Source: Epithemia pelagica (lineage: Eukaryota > Protista > Bacillariophyta). From it: 64,000 nt of DNA. The first letter of the stretch is position 1. The number at the start of each line of letters is the position of its first letter. This document shows positions 43,050 through 54,130 of the stretch, piece by piece. The position numbers and the translations under genes are program-made. Location of the stretch: NCBI GenBank assembly GCA_946965045.2, contig OX337239.1, forward strand, positions 744,001 to 808,000. The letters are read 5' to 3'. The notes under the pieces were generated by a model. The model had not been told where the DNA came from. It saw only the letters and a list, made by a program, of their open reading frames with translations, and did no database searches.

Positions 43050-43436
43050 GGTGGACAGCCACTCTTTCGGTCACAAGGAGGGATACGGTAGGGCCGGTAC
43101 TAAGAGTACTGATTGGGCCTGATTCTCTTACACAACAGAAAATTAGAGTCTTTCTGTTTTGCTCGACCAGAGAATTGTGAATGAAAGATCTTCGAGAGAA
43201 AGATCCAAAAAGATCTATAAGCGATCTATAAGCGATCCTTAATTTCCCGCTCTCTACAGCGCGGCAGCCAATGTTCAAACGAGCAAGCCGAGCAGGCGGC
43301 GCCGAGAGCACGGTCTCTCATTCCCACATTTTAGTTCTCGCTCTTCTCTCTCTCATTCGACAACTGACAAACCAAAGGATTTACACGAGGAACAACAATA
43401 ATTGAGAGAGAACAACGAACAACCAAAAGAAGACCC

Positions 43437-44462
43437 ATGTTTACTCGCGTCAGTGCAGGACACCCTCGACGGAGACAATCCAGTCCTTCGTTCTTTGCCA
43501 TCGTGTCCATTATTGTGAATCTCATTGTTCTATCTGCGTGTTGGAATCTCTCAAAGAACCCTTTTCATCACAGTGTTGTATTGTTGGAGACAGAAAACAA
43601 GGACACATCTCAACGGAAACAGGTACAACAAGAACAAGAACAACAACATGAACTAGAAGACGCGGATGGTTGGAAGACCATTCATGTCTTTCGCGGCAAA
43701 CGGAAAGAACTCCAAGAAATGACGGAAGCCAGTTGGAGACGCCAAGGAGGAGGGAAACTCGTCCAGGACGAATCCCAGTGGATGAGCCAAGTGAAACAAG
43801 ACCGTACAATCTCGTCACTCTATCATGGAAAAAAGACAAATGGATTCTTTTTGGACCTGGCTGTCAATGCGGCCGTTCATCTTTCCAACACCTACGCATT
43901 GGAACGAAAATTCAACTAGACTGGTGTTTGTGTCGAAGCCAATCCTCGGTATTGGGAATATTTGGCTCGCATGCGATCCTGTCATGTGGTGGCAGCAGTT
44001 GCAGGAAGCCGTCGGATGGATCCCGTCCAGTTTGAACTTAAGAGCGAGTTGGGAGGAATTGTGGGCTATGACAATAAAGATAAAACGCGGAACGATACCA
44101 AGGAAGTGTATTACACGGTGACATTGGTGGAAATTTTGGACAAGTTTCATGCTCCGAATCGTATTGATTACTTTTCCTTGGATGTGGAAGGGGCGGAACT
44201 CTTTATAATGAAAGAGTTTCCCTTTGACCGCTATTTGTTTCAAGTGCTAACAGTGGAACGACCCAACCCGGAACTCGTGCAAATCCTTCGTAGCAAGTGC
44301 TACCGGTATCTCAAACGTTTGTCGCGATGGGGAGAGTTGTTGTTTGCCCATGAATCTGTCTTGCCGGAACTGGACTTGGAGTCGATTGGAATTTATAAGG
44401 AATGGTCTTTGGTGGACAAGGACAATACAGAGACTGAATGGAAGAATATGAAGGAAGGCTAA
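43437..44462 (+). pseudogene. FkbM-family methyltransferase, copy 2, with nonsense codon
   Basis: Closely similar to copy 1. TAG at 43917-43919 replaces TGG (RKLNW to RKFN*) and the frame continues to the same C-terminus. Confidence 0.85.
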
Positions 44463-44560
44463 GTGAAGGGCAACACAGTTGAAAGGCAGTATTGGTTTAA
44501 AGGTATTTAAAATAAATAAGTTAGTTCCTGTTACATCATCTGTTTGTCACGGAAGTGCCC

Positions 44561-44973
44561 CCATGGTACTAAGGATCTAGCGTACGGAGTGCGATGAACT
44601 GGACAACAAGTGAAGTGAATCCGGATTGTGCTAGGAAGCTGGAACATCAATCAAAGACCACAGTTTTAAAAACACCGACCTATCTTGGAAAGCATCGGAT
44701 ACCAACCCACTGTGTCTCGTTTGTTCAGGAGACAACCACTGCGCTACGAGAACCACAGTTACTCTACTGCTGGACGACAAAAACGTTGTGTGGCCCCCAT
44801 GGTCCTTAGGATCTAGCGTAGGGAGTTTGATGAACTGGACAACAAGTGAATCCGGAGTGTGCTAGGAAGCTGGAACATCAATCAAAGACCACAGCTTTTT
44901 TTAACATTACGATACCTAGTACTACGAGAACCACGGTTCCTCTACTGGCGGACGACAACAACGTTGTGTGGCC
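44561..44973. repeat. Two-unit imperfect tandem repeat (~236 bp + ~177 bp)
   Basis: CCATGGT..TAGGATCTAGCGTA...GGAAGCTGGAACATCAATCAAAGACCACAG...CTACGAGAACCAC...ACGTTGTGTGGCC occurs twice. Confidence 0.85.
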
Positions 44974-45018
44974 GGCCTGTTCCTCTACACACCTACTATT
45001 ATATTACCTACCTAGAGT

Positions 45019-45987
45019 CTAGTTGCTTGTGGATTGGTTGCTTTCCACTTCCGATCCATCATCCTGCAAGGCTTGTTGATTCTGTAACCACACGAGTCGT
45101 TTCTGTAATCGTTCGTAGGCCTTTTGTTGCTTGCGTTGGATTTTTTCCAAATTGGGTTGATAAAAGGGTGAGGCCAGGTACTTGTTGAGACGATGCGGAT
45201 GATTGGGTGGTGATCGTTGCGTCAAGATGAGGCCATGAATTTTGCATTGCTGGTAGTGGTAATAATACGTGTGCAGTCGACGTTGCATTTGCCACTTTTT
45301 TCCCGAAGGACTGAGTCCCCGAAATTTGCATTCCTTGAGCAAGTCACCATACTCCCATTCGTTGACTCGTTGATTCAATTCGTCCAACGTCAAGCCGTCC
45401 AAGACGGGTGCCGCCGTAGGATCCTCCATTTCTAGTTTCGCCTGGGCAATATCCGCCTTGGTTTCTTCAATCAATCTCGGAACTACAGAGTTGTAATGGA
45501 TGGTTCAAAGTGTATATCGCAAGCGCACCGGGTGTTGTCGAAACAAAGCAACAAGATTGGAACGCAGTGTGAGGTGCAAGGATATTTCCAACGCAGTCCA
45601 TTTCTATTTCTTCCAAAAACAACAGGAACAAGTTTCCATGGGATACGTACTTTGGTCCTTTTGAGGCGGGTTGGAAGCGGTAAACGTTTCTCGTTCCCCT
45701 CTAGCACTGATAGTAGTAGTAGTGGTATCATCCTCCGCAGTAGAAGTCGTTGCAGCAGTAGCCACGGAGGACTCCCAGCGGCATGCCAGAATCTTGAACG
45801 TTGGCCTTGGTCGAAGGAACCATGTGGACGTGGTGATGGGGGACCAGTAGTGGGGTGGTTGTTCGAGGCAAGAAGGGAGGAGAGTAGTGGGAAGTTTCTT
45901 GGTTGTTGTGGTTGTGGTAAGGAAGCGTTGTTGTCGAGGAACCAGCGTTCCAATTCGCGTTCGAGTCAGAGAAGGAAGAATCACCAT
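45019..45987 (-). CDS. SAP-domain protein, possibly mitochondrial; exons 45987-45651 and 45482-45019
   Basis: DLLKECKFRGLSPSGKKWQMQRRL fits the SAP pattern. GTACGT...CTGTAG intron at 45650-45483 joins in phase 1. The N-terminus is R/T/S-rich. Confidence 0.7.
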
Positions 45988-46593
45988 GATGGATCCCAAG
46001 GTTTGATGTGATGTATTCGTGCCAAAAAAAGAAAAACAGTCCACCCGAAACACTCAATCCATCAATGGCTGCTCTCCAGATATTCTGTTGTCACGGCTGC
46101 CCTTTCCACAAAAGTGTGACTCTGTTTCTGTTCTGTTTGTGATTTTGACTTGTTTTGGAAGGAATGCGCAAAGGCGTTGATCCAACTAGAGAAAAAAGAT
46201 AATGATGGCTCGACTTGAGACCCAGAACAACGACGTCCACACATCGTGTCTTTCGGCCGTTCTTCCGTCCGTTCGCTGGTCGCGAAACCTGGTACTCCTT
46301 CGAAGCGCGACGATGGACTCTCATTAATCACGATAATGCGATCATTCCTTATCGTAAACGATCCAAGTTTTCTTGCACCTCGCCCGCGCGCCAGGATTTC
46401 TCCACCCACCCCAGCAATAATGCCGGCCTCATTTTTGTCTCCCAGCACAACCAATGATTCACACCTCTGTTGGTCTAGAGTAGAACAAAAGGTGGAGCCA
46501 TAGAAACCAACCACTAACCTTACATACTTGTTGTTGACAGATCTCAAGGCCTGTGGAACGCCAGTTGTGCTTTGCCACAAGCTCATTTCCTTG

Positions 46594-48924
46594 ATGATGA
46601 CCTCCCCTTCCGACGAGGCAAGCCCCACCACCAACACGGGCTTGACCATTCGAGGCCATGGTTGGTTTGCCATTTTGTTGATACCCATTCTCGTGATTTT
46701 GATTGCCAGTATTCAACAAAGTGTCCATGTGATATCCAGTAGTTCTGAATCCATTCAGTATCAAACGAGCAACGACATGACTGTCCAACACTTAATGATG
46801 TCCATCCTGGATCGACCGACACAACCAGAAACCGAACCACAACAAGAAAGCCGACGACGAAAACAAGTACCCACGCGATTCTTCTCCTTGCGCAATCGAC
46901 CCGAAGTGGATGAGATTTTACAACATCCTCACAAATCGTCACCCTGCAGTCGATCGACGGGATGTCGTCGCTCGGATCATGGTCAACCAATTGCCTATTG
47001 GCCACGAGGTACTTTCCAGGCAGGGTTCCAATCGAATACTACTACAACTACGACGACAAAATCGGGTGCCTCCAAAAATAGCAGTGCCTACTTGTGGCTT
47101 CCTCATCGAACGACCCGTACCATTCCCAATGTAGCTCGCAATGTCCATCGGGTGCAAGACTTTTTGGAATCAGCCCAACATCAACAGGCACAAGCACCAC
47201 GAAAAACACAACAGCAGACGACCCAAACTAATGCACCAAACACAAAAGACGACCACAAGCCCTTGAACATTGTCTTGTTTTATGCGGACGACTGGACCAT
47301 GCAAGTGTTGGGTGCTCTCAATCCCCATGTGCACACTCCCAATATTGATGCCATGGCGGAACGAGGCATGCTCTTTACCCGCAATTGTGTCACGACCAGT
47401 ATTTGTTGGATTTCCCGCAATACCTTGGCCACCGGTGCGTACGCCTCGGTGCATGGCAATGTCCAACTGGGGTCGGAAAACATGTTTGGGCATTCTCAAT
47501 TTGCCTGGACGGATACCTTGTATCCCTTGTTGAAACAAAAGGGCAATTACTTTACCGGATTGGTGGGCAAATGGCATGCGCCCTCTCCCCCGGAACACAT
47601 GAAAGTCTCCTTTGATGTGCTCAAAATTTATTATGGAGATCATTGGATGGAACGCAAGGGAAAACAACGACATGTCACGGACTTGAATGGAGAAGATGCC
47701 TTGGCCTTTTTGAATTTGTGGAACACGAAACATCGATTTTCGGCCCAACAACGACCGGACAAGAACGACCCGAAACAAGACGAACGTCCCTTTTTTCTCA
47801 AGGTTTCCTTTTTCGCGACGCATGCTCGCGATTATCAAGACCCGCCCTACCAGCCCATGAATGAAAGTTTTGCCTTGTATCGCAATGTGACCATTCCTCG
47901 TCCCCACACGGCCACGGAACAACATTACCAAGCCTTGCCGAAATTCATGAAATCACGTCGCAACGAAGCCCGTCATCGCAATACCAAACGCTTTGATACG
48001 GACGAAAATTATCAAATCAACATTAAGAATTTGTTTCGCATGGCCACCGAAGTCGATGCCGTCGTGGGGGCCGTCATTGCGCAATTACAAGAATTGCAGG
48101 CCTACGACAATACCCTCTTGATTTTTACCACAGACAATGGCAATTTGCATGGCGAACATGGCTTGACGGAAAAATGGTATCCCTACGAAGAATCCATTCG
48201 GGTTCCACTCGTCATTCAAGATCCTCGCATGTCCCCGGAATGGCAAGGCGTTCGCAATACCAACGATTTTACCCTCAATCTTGATTTGGCACCCACTATT
48301 TTGACCGCTGCCCAAATCCCCATTCCACCCCACATGCAAGGCCGTGATTTGTCGCAATTGTACCGGCATCGATCCAAAGACATGGCACCCTACGATGCCA
48401 TTCAGGCCTCGTGGAGACAAGATTTCTTTTACGAATGGAATACGGTATGTAGCTGCTTTTCGTCATTGGTGGTAGTTGATTGCTCGTTGTGTTATTCACG
48501 GAACTGTGTTTCGGAGGGCGTTTGCGTGTTTGCCGCCTGGCTCTGTACGGTTCGTTTCTTACCTGTCGTGTGTTTGTGTTGTGTGTCTCTGCGTGCGTGC
48601 CTGCATCATGTGTTGGATTGGATTGGATTCGTCCCCGATTCTTGCGGTTGGTGTCGTCGTCGTCAGGGGGAACCCGTCAAGGGAGACGGTCATATTTTTC
48701 ACGACCAGGTCTTGCCGGCCGTCTTTGCCTTGATTCGCAAGGATTACAAATACTTTTATTGGCCGGAATTTGACAACGAACAATTGTTTCACATCGAACA
48801 AGATCCGTATGAAGAATCCGATATCTTTACCGACAATTCCACCACGACGCAACAAGCCTTGCACGTCATGAAGGCTCGATACAAGTTTTTGAAGGAATGG
48901 ACGCAAACGGGAAATCCCGTCTAA
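46594..48924 (+). CDS. S1 sulfatase, paralog of 11164-13519; intron 48445-48666
   Basis: Same motifs (LFYADDW, SICWISR, GKWH, HGEHG). Intron GTATGT...CGTCAG at the same position as in copy 1. Confidence 0.88.
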   Translation: MMTSPSDEASPTTNTGLTIRGHGWFAILLIPILVILIASIQQSVHVISSSSESIQYQTSNDMTVQHLMMSILDRPTQPETEPQQESRRRKQVPTRFFSLRNRPEVDEILQHPHKSSPCSRSTGCRRSDHGQPIAYWPRGTFQAGFQSNTTTTTTTKSGASKNSSAYLWLPHRTTRTIPNVARNVHRVQDFLESAQHQQAQAPRKTQQQTTQTNAPNTKDDHKPLNIVLFYADDWTMQVLGALNPHVHTPNIDAMAERGMLFTRNCVTTSICWISRNTLATGAYASVHGNVQLGSENMFGHSQFAWTDTLYPLLKQKGNYFTGLVGKWHAPSPPEHMKVSFDVLKIYYGDHWMERKGKQRHVTDLNGEDALAFLNLWNTKHRFSAQQRPDKNDPKQDERPFFLKVSFFATHARDYQDPPYQPMNESFALYRNVTIPRPHTATEQHYQALPKFMKSRRNEARHRNTKRFDTDENYQINIKNLFRMATEVDAVVGAVIAQLQELQAYDNTLLIFTTDNGNLHGEHGLTEKWYPYEESIRVPLVIQDPRMSPEWQGVRNTNDFTLNLDLAPTILTAAQIPIPPHMQGRDLSQLYRHRSKDMAPYDAIQASWRQDFFYEWNTVCSCFSSLVVVDCSLCYSRNCVSEGVCVFAAWLCTVRFLPVVCLCCVSLRACLHHVLDWIGFVPDSCGWCRRRQGEPVKGDGHIFHDQVLPAVFALIRKDYKYFYWPEFDNEQLFHIEQDPYEESDIFTDNSTTTQQALHVMKARYKFLKEWTQTGNPV

Positions 48925-49573
48925 CAACGAATGGATATCCAAGGAATCTGGAAGTTCGAGGCTGGTACGTCATGGAAATGTAGCTCCGTCCACCAACAGG
49001 GTTGCTTGCTTCCTGCCTCGGGCAATTCAGTCCGAGGCGTCCTTGGCAAACAGAACCGTGAAACAAGGACGACACTACATGGATTCTAACAACTTCTGCA
49101 GCTGACAGGCACAGAGAGATTGGCAGCTCAAGAATGAATCCTTGCATCACTGCAGAACAAACCAACAGAACTTGTGTTTCTCGTCCTGTCTTTGAAGCCA
49201 TTCGCATCGACATTGCATCGCACCACCCAAAACCTATACTCTTCCATTTGTTAATTCTAAATTTCTGCTAGGAGTAGTAAAGACGGCTTTTCTCTGAGAG
49301 AGGGTGCAGTGTCGTGTGTTCTCAGGCTACGAACACTAACTATTGTCGTGTGCCTGCCCATAGACCACATAGATCGGTCCGCTACAACTCGTGACACAAC
49401 AGGAAAACCTTTCTGCTTATTAGAGATAGTGGATCGTTTTGAAGTCAACCGATAGGGCGTTTTGCGGAAAAGAAGGACGACGTCATATAGCGTGGCTAGC
49501 CAGGTCACAAAACTTGGTTTGGTCTCATCTTTTGTCGAACGTCCACAACACTGTTAACACAATAATATATATA

Positions 49574-51331
49574 ATGCGAAGCTCGACGATGACAACCCCA
49601 AGGTCGACACCACCATCCGAAATGTCCTCCATGAGGAAGATGACCGAAAGCTCCGCGAAACCTGCCAAGAGACACGCCGTCGTTTCGTTTTGGCAAACGT
49701 TGCTTTCATGCTTGGCATTGCTCACCTTGTGTCGACACACTTTCTGCAACATGGCATGTGTGGAAGCATTTTCACCCACGGAAACGACGACGACGGCAAG
49801 AACAAGAACGATCGCCAGTCTTGCCTCCAGAGTCTCCTCGTCTGGTTTGATGAATCGTCTGCCATCACGTTCCATCCATCGCCCCAAAACATGTTTGTCT
49901 CTCTTTCGACGAGGCACCGACGACGACGCACCAATCGAGGCGAAAGAGGAACAACAAGAGTCGACTGGTTTGACTCGTCGTCAAGTATTGGAATTGTCGT
50001 TTGCCGCCACTGGCTTGGGCATTTCCGTGGCTGGCACACGACAAGTGGACCCATTGGATTATGGTTTGTGGGGAATTTTCCCCGTGGGTCCCTATCGACG
50101 CAAAAAGACCATTTTGGAAACAGTGGTACCCCATCAGATTTGGACGCTGGAACAAAAATTTGGCATTCTCAATGTCCAAGTTCCTCTGCGCATGACAGTC
50201 CTGTACTTGGCTTCGACCAACGAATTGCTCTTGTACAATCCCATTGCCTGTACCAACGAAGCCTTGGACTTGGTCCAAGATCAAATCTTGTCCACCTTTT
50301 CCACGAATGGTAATCCACCGACCATTCGGTACATTGTCGTCGGTTCCTGTGCCTTGGAACACAAGGTCTATGCCAGTGTCTGGGCCCAAAAGTTCCCCCA
50401 AACGACCGTGTATTTGCAACCGGGTCAATATTCCTTTCCCACCAATTTGCCTTTGCCCTTTTTGGGCTTTCCCATTGGTCGTACCGAAACCATACCGGCG
50501 ACCCCAGAGGAGGCACCGGCTGCCTGGCAAACCGAGTTGAAGTGGGCAACCTTGGGTCCCATTTTGAGTCGCGATGGCGCCTTTGGAGAAACCGTCGTCC
50601 TGCACCAGGCGACACAAACCTTGTTGGTCACGGATACCTGTGTGCAAATTACCAATGAGGTACCGGCCACGTATGACTACGATCCGGCGCCCCTCTTGTA
50701 TCATGCCCGGGATACCGTCACGGACGTCGTGTCGGATACCCCGGAAACGCGCCTCAAGGGCTGGAAACGAATTGTTTTGTTTGGCTTGTACTTTACGCCG
50801 TCCGCCATTTCCATTAAAGATACAGCCGAGGCCTTGCAAGAACGACGACCGGATATCAATTCGGACTTTGCCGGGGTTTATCCATGGGATTGGGTGGGCA
50901 ATGAAGACGCCAGTTGGCAAGCCTTGACCGGAACCGGTGCCAATCAAGGGAAACCCTTGGTGGCACCCATTTTGCAAATTTTGCTCTTGAATCGGAGTCC
51001 CGTCGAAGTCTTGGACTTTGCCGACCAGGTCGCGCAATGGGATATTCGACGAATTATTCCCAGTCATTTTCAAAACAACTTGGCCTTGACGGGAAAAGAG
51101 TATCGTGCCGCCTTTGATTTCTTGACGGTTCAAGGTGTGCCATCCGGATATCCCAAACCCCTGGCATCCGATTTGCAATTCTTGCTCGAGGCCGAACAAG
51201 GATTGTTGGAATCCGGTGCCATTGCCTCACGACCACCAGCGATTGGTGGATCGGCCAGTCGACAAGAGATTATTCAACAAACCACCTATCGCTGTCGCAA
51301 TGGTGTGTGCGCACCCAAGGCCGACGCATAA
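49574..51331 (+). CDS. DUF4336-family protein, plastid-targeted
   Basis: GIFPVGPYRRKKTILETVVPHQIWTLEQKFGILNVQVPLRMTV, LEHK, TLLVTD, IIPSHF. Signal ends VEA|FSP. Confidence 0.78.
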   Translation: MRSSTMTTPRSTPPSEMSSMRKMTESSAKPAKRHAVVSFWQTLLSCLALLTLCRHTFCNMACVEAFSPTETTTTARTRTIASLASRVSSSGLMNRLPSRSIHRPKTCLSLFRRGTDDDAPIEAKEEQQESTGLTRRQVLELSFAATGLGISVAGTRQVDPLDYGLWGIFPVGPYRRKKTILETVVPHQIWTLEQKFGILNVQVPLRMTVLYLASTNELLLYNPIACTNEALDLVQDQILSTFSTNGNPPTIRYIVVGSCALEHKVYASVWAQKFPQTTVYLQPGQYSFPTNLPLPFLGFPIGRTETIPATPEEAPAAWQTELKWATLGPILSRDGAFGETVVLHQATQTLLVTDTCVQITNEVPATYDYDPAPLLYHARDTVTDVVSDTPETRLKGWKRIVLFGLYFTPSAISIKDTAEALQERRPDINSDFAGVYPWDWVGNEDASWQALTGTGANQGKPLVAPILQILLLNRSPVEVLDFADQVAQWDIRRIIPSHFQNNLALTGKEYRAAFDFLTVQGVPSGYPKPLASDLQFLLEAEQGLLESGAIASRPPAIGGSASRQEIIQQTTYRCRNGVCAPKADA

Positions 51332-51568
51332 GCAGTTGTTTGTTGGGAGAAGGATCCATGTCGAACTATAGCATCGGAAAGTAACAAATAGAGGATGACG
51401 AGAAATCGTTTTATAGTATGTCACGTAAAGAGAATCTTTGATCACGAACTATTCTGTCCTCGGAAAGTAGTAGCGTGCCAGTGCTCCAATAGTCCTTTTC
51501 GGCTCACGACGACCCATTCTCTCTGAAGTGTGTCACGCTCATTCTCACACGCGCTAGGACATGATGTT

Positions 51569-51651
51569 CATTCCTTTGTTTCGTACGCGCGCAAGTGTCA
51601 TGGTTCGGTGTTCCATTCCTTTTGTTTGTACGCGCGCAAGTGTCATGGTTC
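51569..51651. repeat. Short tandem duplication (~38-bp unit, 45-bp period)
   Basis: CATTCCTTT..TT.GTACGCGCGCAAGTGTCATGGTTC x2. Confidence 0.85.
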
Positions 51652-51954
51652 CACCACGAAAACCAAAACCAAAACCCAACCATGATATCCTCCATTTTGG
51701 TCATTTGACACACGCCATGCGGTTCCAACACAGTGTGTCCCTGTATGGGCTTTGTTGGATGTGAGGGCAGCGTGATCGTTTTTGTGGCAGCCTTGTCTTT
51801 TTTTTGGTGGTGAGGTGTGTGGACATGTGAGTGCATCGGTTCCGACAACCAAAAAGCTTAGAGTACCGTTTGGGACTCGTGTAACCGAAAACACTGTCGT
51901 ATTGTCCAATGGATCCTGCTTGTCTTCCATAGACACGATCATCACAAAGCCTAC

Positions 51955-52530
51955 CTAATTGTTCAGAGAGGATTGAGGTTCCATATCCACGAGACTGAGA
52001 TCCTCCGGAATGGGAAAGGCTCGAGACAAGAGGGCCAAAATCACAAAGACAAATACCAAAATCCATCGAGCCAGTCGAATATCCACAACATCGTCCTGGT
52101 TGGAATGACAATGAGAGGATCTCGTTTTTGGTACCGACGAGGCGGCATGCATTCCAAAATCTCCTCCTTGACAACAAAAATACAATCCACACGGAATGGA
52201 TTGCGATTGTTGGACTTCGGCCAATAATTTTTGATACAAGTCGGGTGAGACGGTCAAAATGTAGTGCATGGTTTGCGTGGGATCGTACAGTGCCTGTTGG
52301 GACCCATAGACCTTGCCCGTCCAACACCCCTTTGGAGAATGATCATCCTCGTCTTGTTGGTCGACCACCACGACCGCCATGGTTTCGGTCGAATCGAAAT
52401 CGGGTACCATGTGTGGCAGCATATCCTCGTCATGATCCAAATTTGTGGCCATTGCATCATCTCCAAAGGACAGTAACAGATCCAAATGACGTACCGACAA
52501 CATGGTATTGTGGGATGCGGCCGTGGCCAT
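51955..52530 (-). CDS. Small hypothetical protein with C-terminal TM helix
   Basis: HYILTVSPDLYQKLLAEV...PCGLYFCCQGGD...WILVFVFVILALL. I recall a similar motif in diatom hypothetical proteins. Confidence 0.55.
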   Translation of the reverse strand: MATAASHNTMLSVRHLDLLLSFGDDAMATNLDHDEDMLPHMVPDFDSTETMAVVVVDQQDEDDHSPKGCWTGKVYGSQQALYDPTQTMHYILTVSPDLYQKLLAEVQQSQSIPCGLYFCCQGGDFGMHAASSVPKTRSSHCHSNQDDVVDIRLARWILVFVFVILALLSRAFPIPEDLSLVDMEPQSSLNN

Positions 52531-54130
52531 TCGGGGACTCGTCGTGGTCGTGTTGGTGAGTACTTGCAATGGTCGTGTCGGAGAGGAGGGTGCCGAAGAT
52601 GATCCATAATTGAAGGGAGAGTCCTGAGCCCCCGCTTGGGCTAAAAAGGGCGTGGACTAATAAATACCATGGAAATAACACCACCACACACCATGAGACG
52701 GTGAATAGTCGTTTCAGTTGTTGGCCGGAAACCATTGTCCATCAGTCGGACTCCAGAAGCCACAGAACCACACACAAGCCATGGTCCAGAGTGTCCTGAC
52801 CAACACACCAGATGCAATCCAACCAAGCTAGGTACTTACTTCTTCCTCGTCTCCCATTCCTGCTTCCGCATACGGTGGTCCCGGATCGGTAGGGACACGA
52901 TGATGATGATGATGACGATGCCCCTTTTTGGATGATGCCGAGGATGCCATGGTCAACACAAAGGATGTTCAAAAAATCAAAACGTGACAACAACCCAAAG
53001 ATCGCGTCTGTCCGCCGGTCATATCCGCGACTCGTTGTCTACCCAAGCTATGCGAGCAAGTCTACGTATTCACAAAATAGTTGGATCGATGGTGGACGTT
53101 GGACCTTCATTCATCGTCCATCTGCCCACTAGGTCGACTGGATGTCTCCTGTATATATCTCGGAGACCGCATGCCGTACTTAGATCCTTTTCTATGCGTC
53201 CCAGCCCGGAATCTTTGGGGCGCGGTCCTTGTGGCAACCACAGGCCGAGAATGCCGTGGTTTCTGGGTGTCGTAGCAAGAGTGGTGTTCTCCGGACTAGT
53301 ATGGTACACAGTCGCTCTACGTCGTTGTGGGAGGCTTGTCCGACACAAGTCGTCCCACAAGGACGTGAACGATTGTGTACCACAATAGCACAACGAACGA
53401 ACGCACGAAACTGGCAGAGAGAAATGCCGTTCGACGCTAGGTCGCCTGTCCGGAACCACCACCACCACCACTACGAAAGGCCGCCAATAGTTGTACTTCC
53501 ATCTCAGAAGAGGGTGGTCCCGATTGGAAGGGCCATTCTTTGGTTTGCATAGTTGGACTGCCTTGAGGTGCGCCGAGAACACGACAAGGAGCAATGGAAT
53601 GAACTGCAACACACACACCCCGATAACACGAAAGAACCATGTATCGGAATCGGACTGGAACAAAGAGATCCGCAACAACCGGAATTGAGGTCACGCAGTG
53701 TGGATTGTTGGACATTCCAGGATGGGTGTATGCCGACCACAAGAAGAGGTCTCTCTTTTTTGTTTGTTTGTTTTTTTATTGATGGATCGTCTCATTCAAG
53801 ATACCATGCCCAATGGACGTCCGACCGCCGTCCGGTTGTGGTGGCAGAGAGCAGGCTATCGATAGACGTTTGACCTGTTAGAAAGAAAGAGTGAATATGG
53901 AGGTTACGATTACTACTACTACAAATGCGGAATTGTTTTCATGGCGTTTAATGGGAGAGACATGAAGCTCTCAATATCCGTAGAGCGCCAACAAACAACA
54001 AGACGACCATTGACAAGTCCATTTAGGATGCCAGTTGTGCTTGCGATTGTTTGTCTCCTCTCATGACACTGCCCAGTCCCCTTTTTATGAGGTTGATGCC
54101 AAATCTTGTGTTGATGATGCCAAATACTTG

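Larger units (their letters stand above)
35458..43178 (-). mobile_element. Full-length non-LTR retrotransposon (Ambal-like LINE), ~7.7 kb
   Basis: Two ORFs. 21-bp direct repeat GAATGAAAGATCTTCGAGAGA at 35437-35457 and 43179-43199 (TSD). Removing the element restores continuity with duplicated arm A. Confidence 0.9.

Noticed and set aside
43050-43178. Self-cleaving ribozyme in the LINE 5' UTR
   Set aside because: Only a small GTACT-CTT-AGTAC hairpin is visible; I could not build an HDV, hammerhead or twister core by eye.
52600-53900. ORFs 53070-53678 and 52984-53388 as genes
   Set aside because: No domain signal and no consistent splice structure could be supported.
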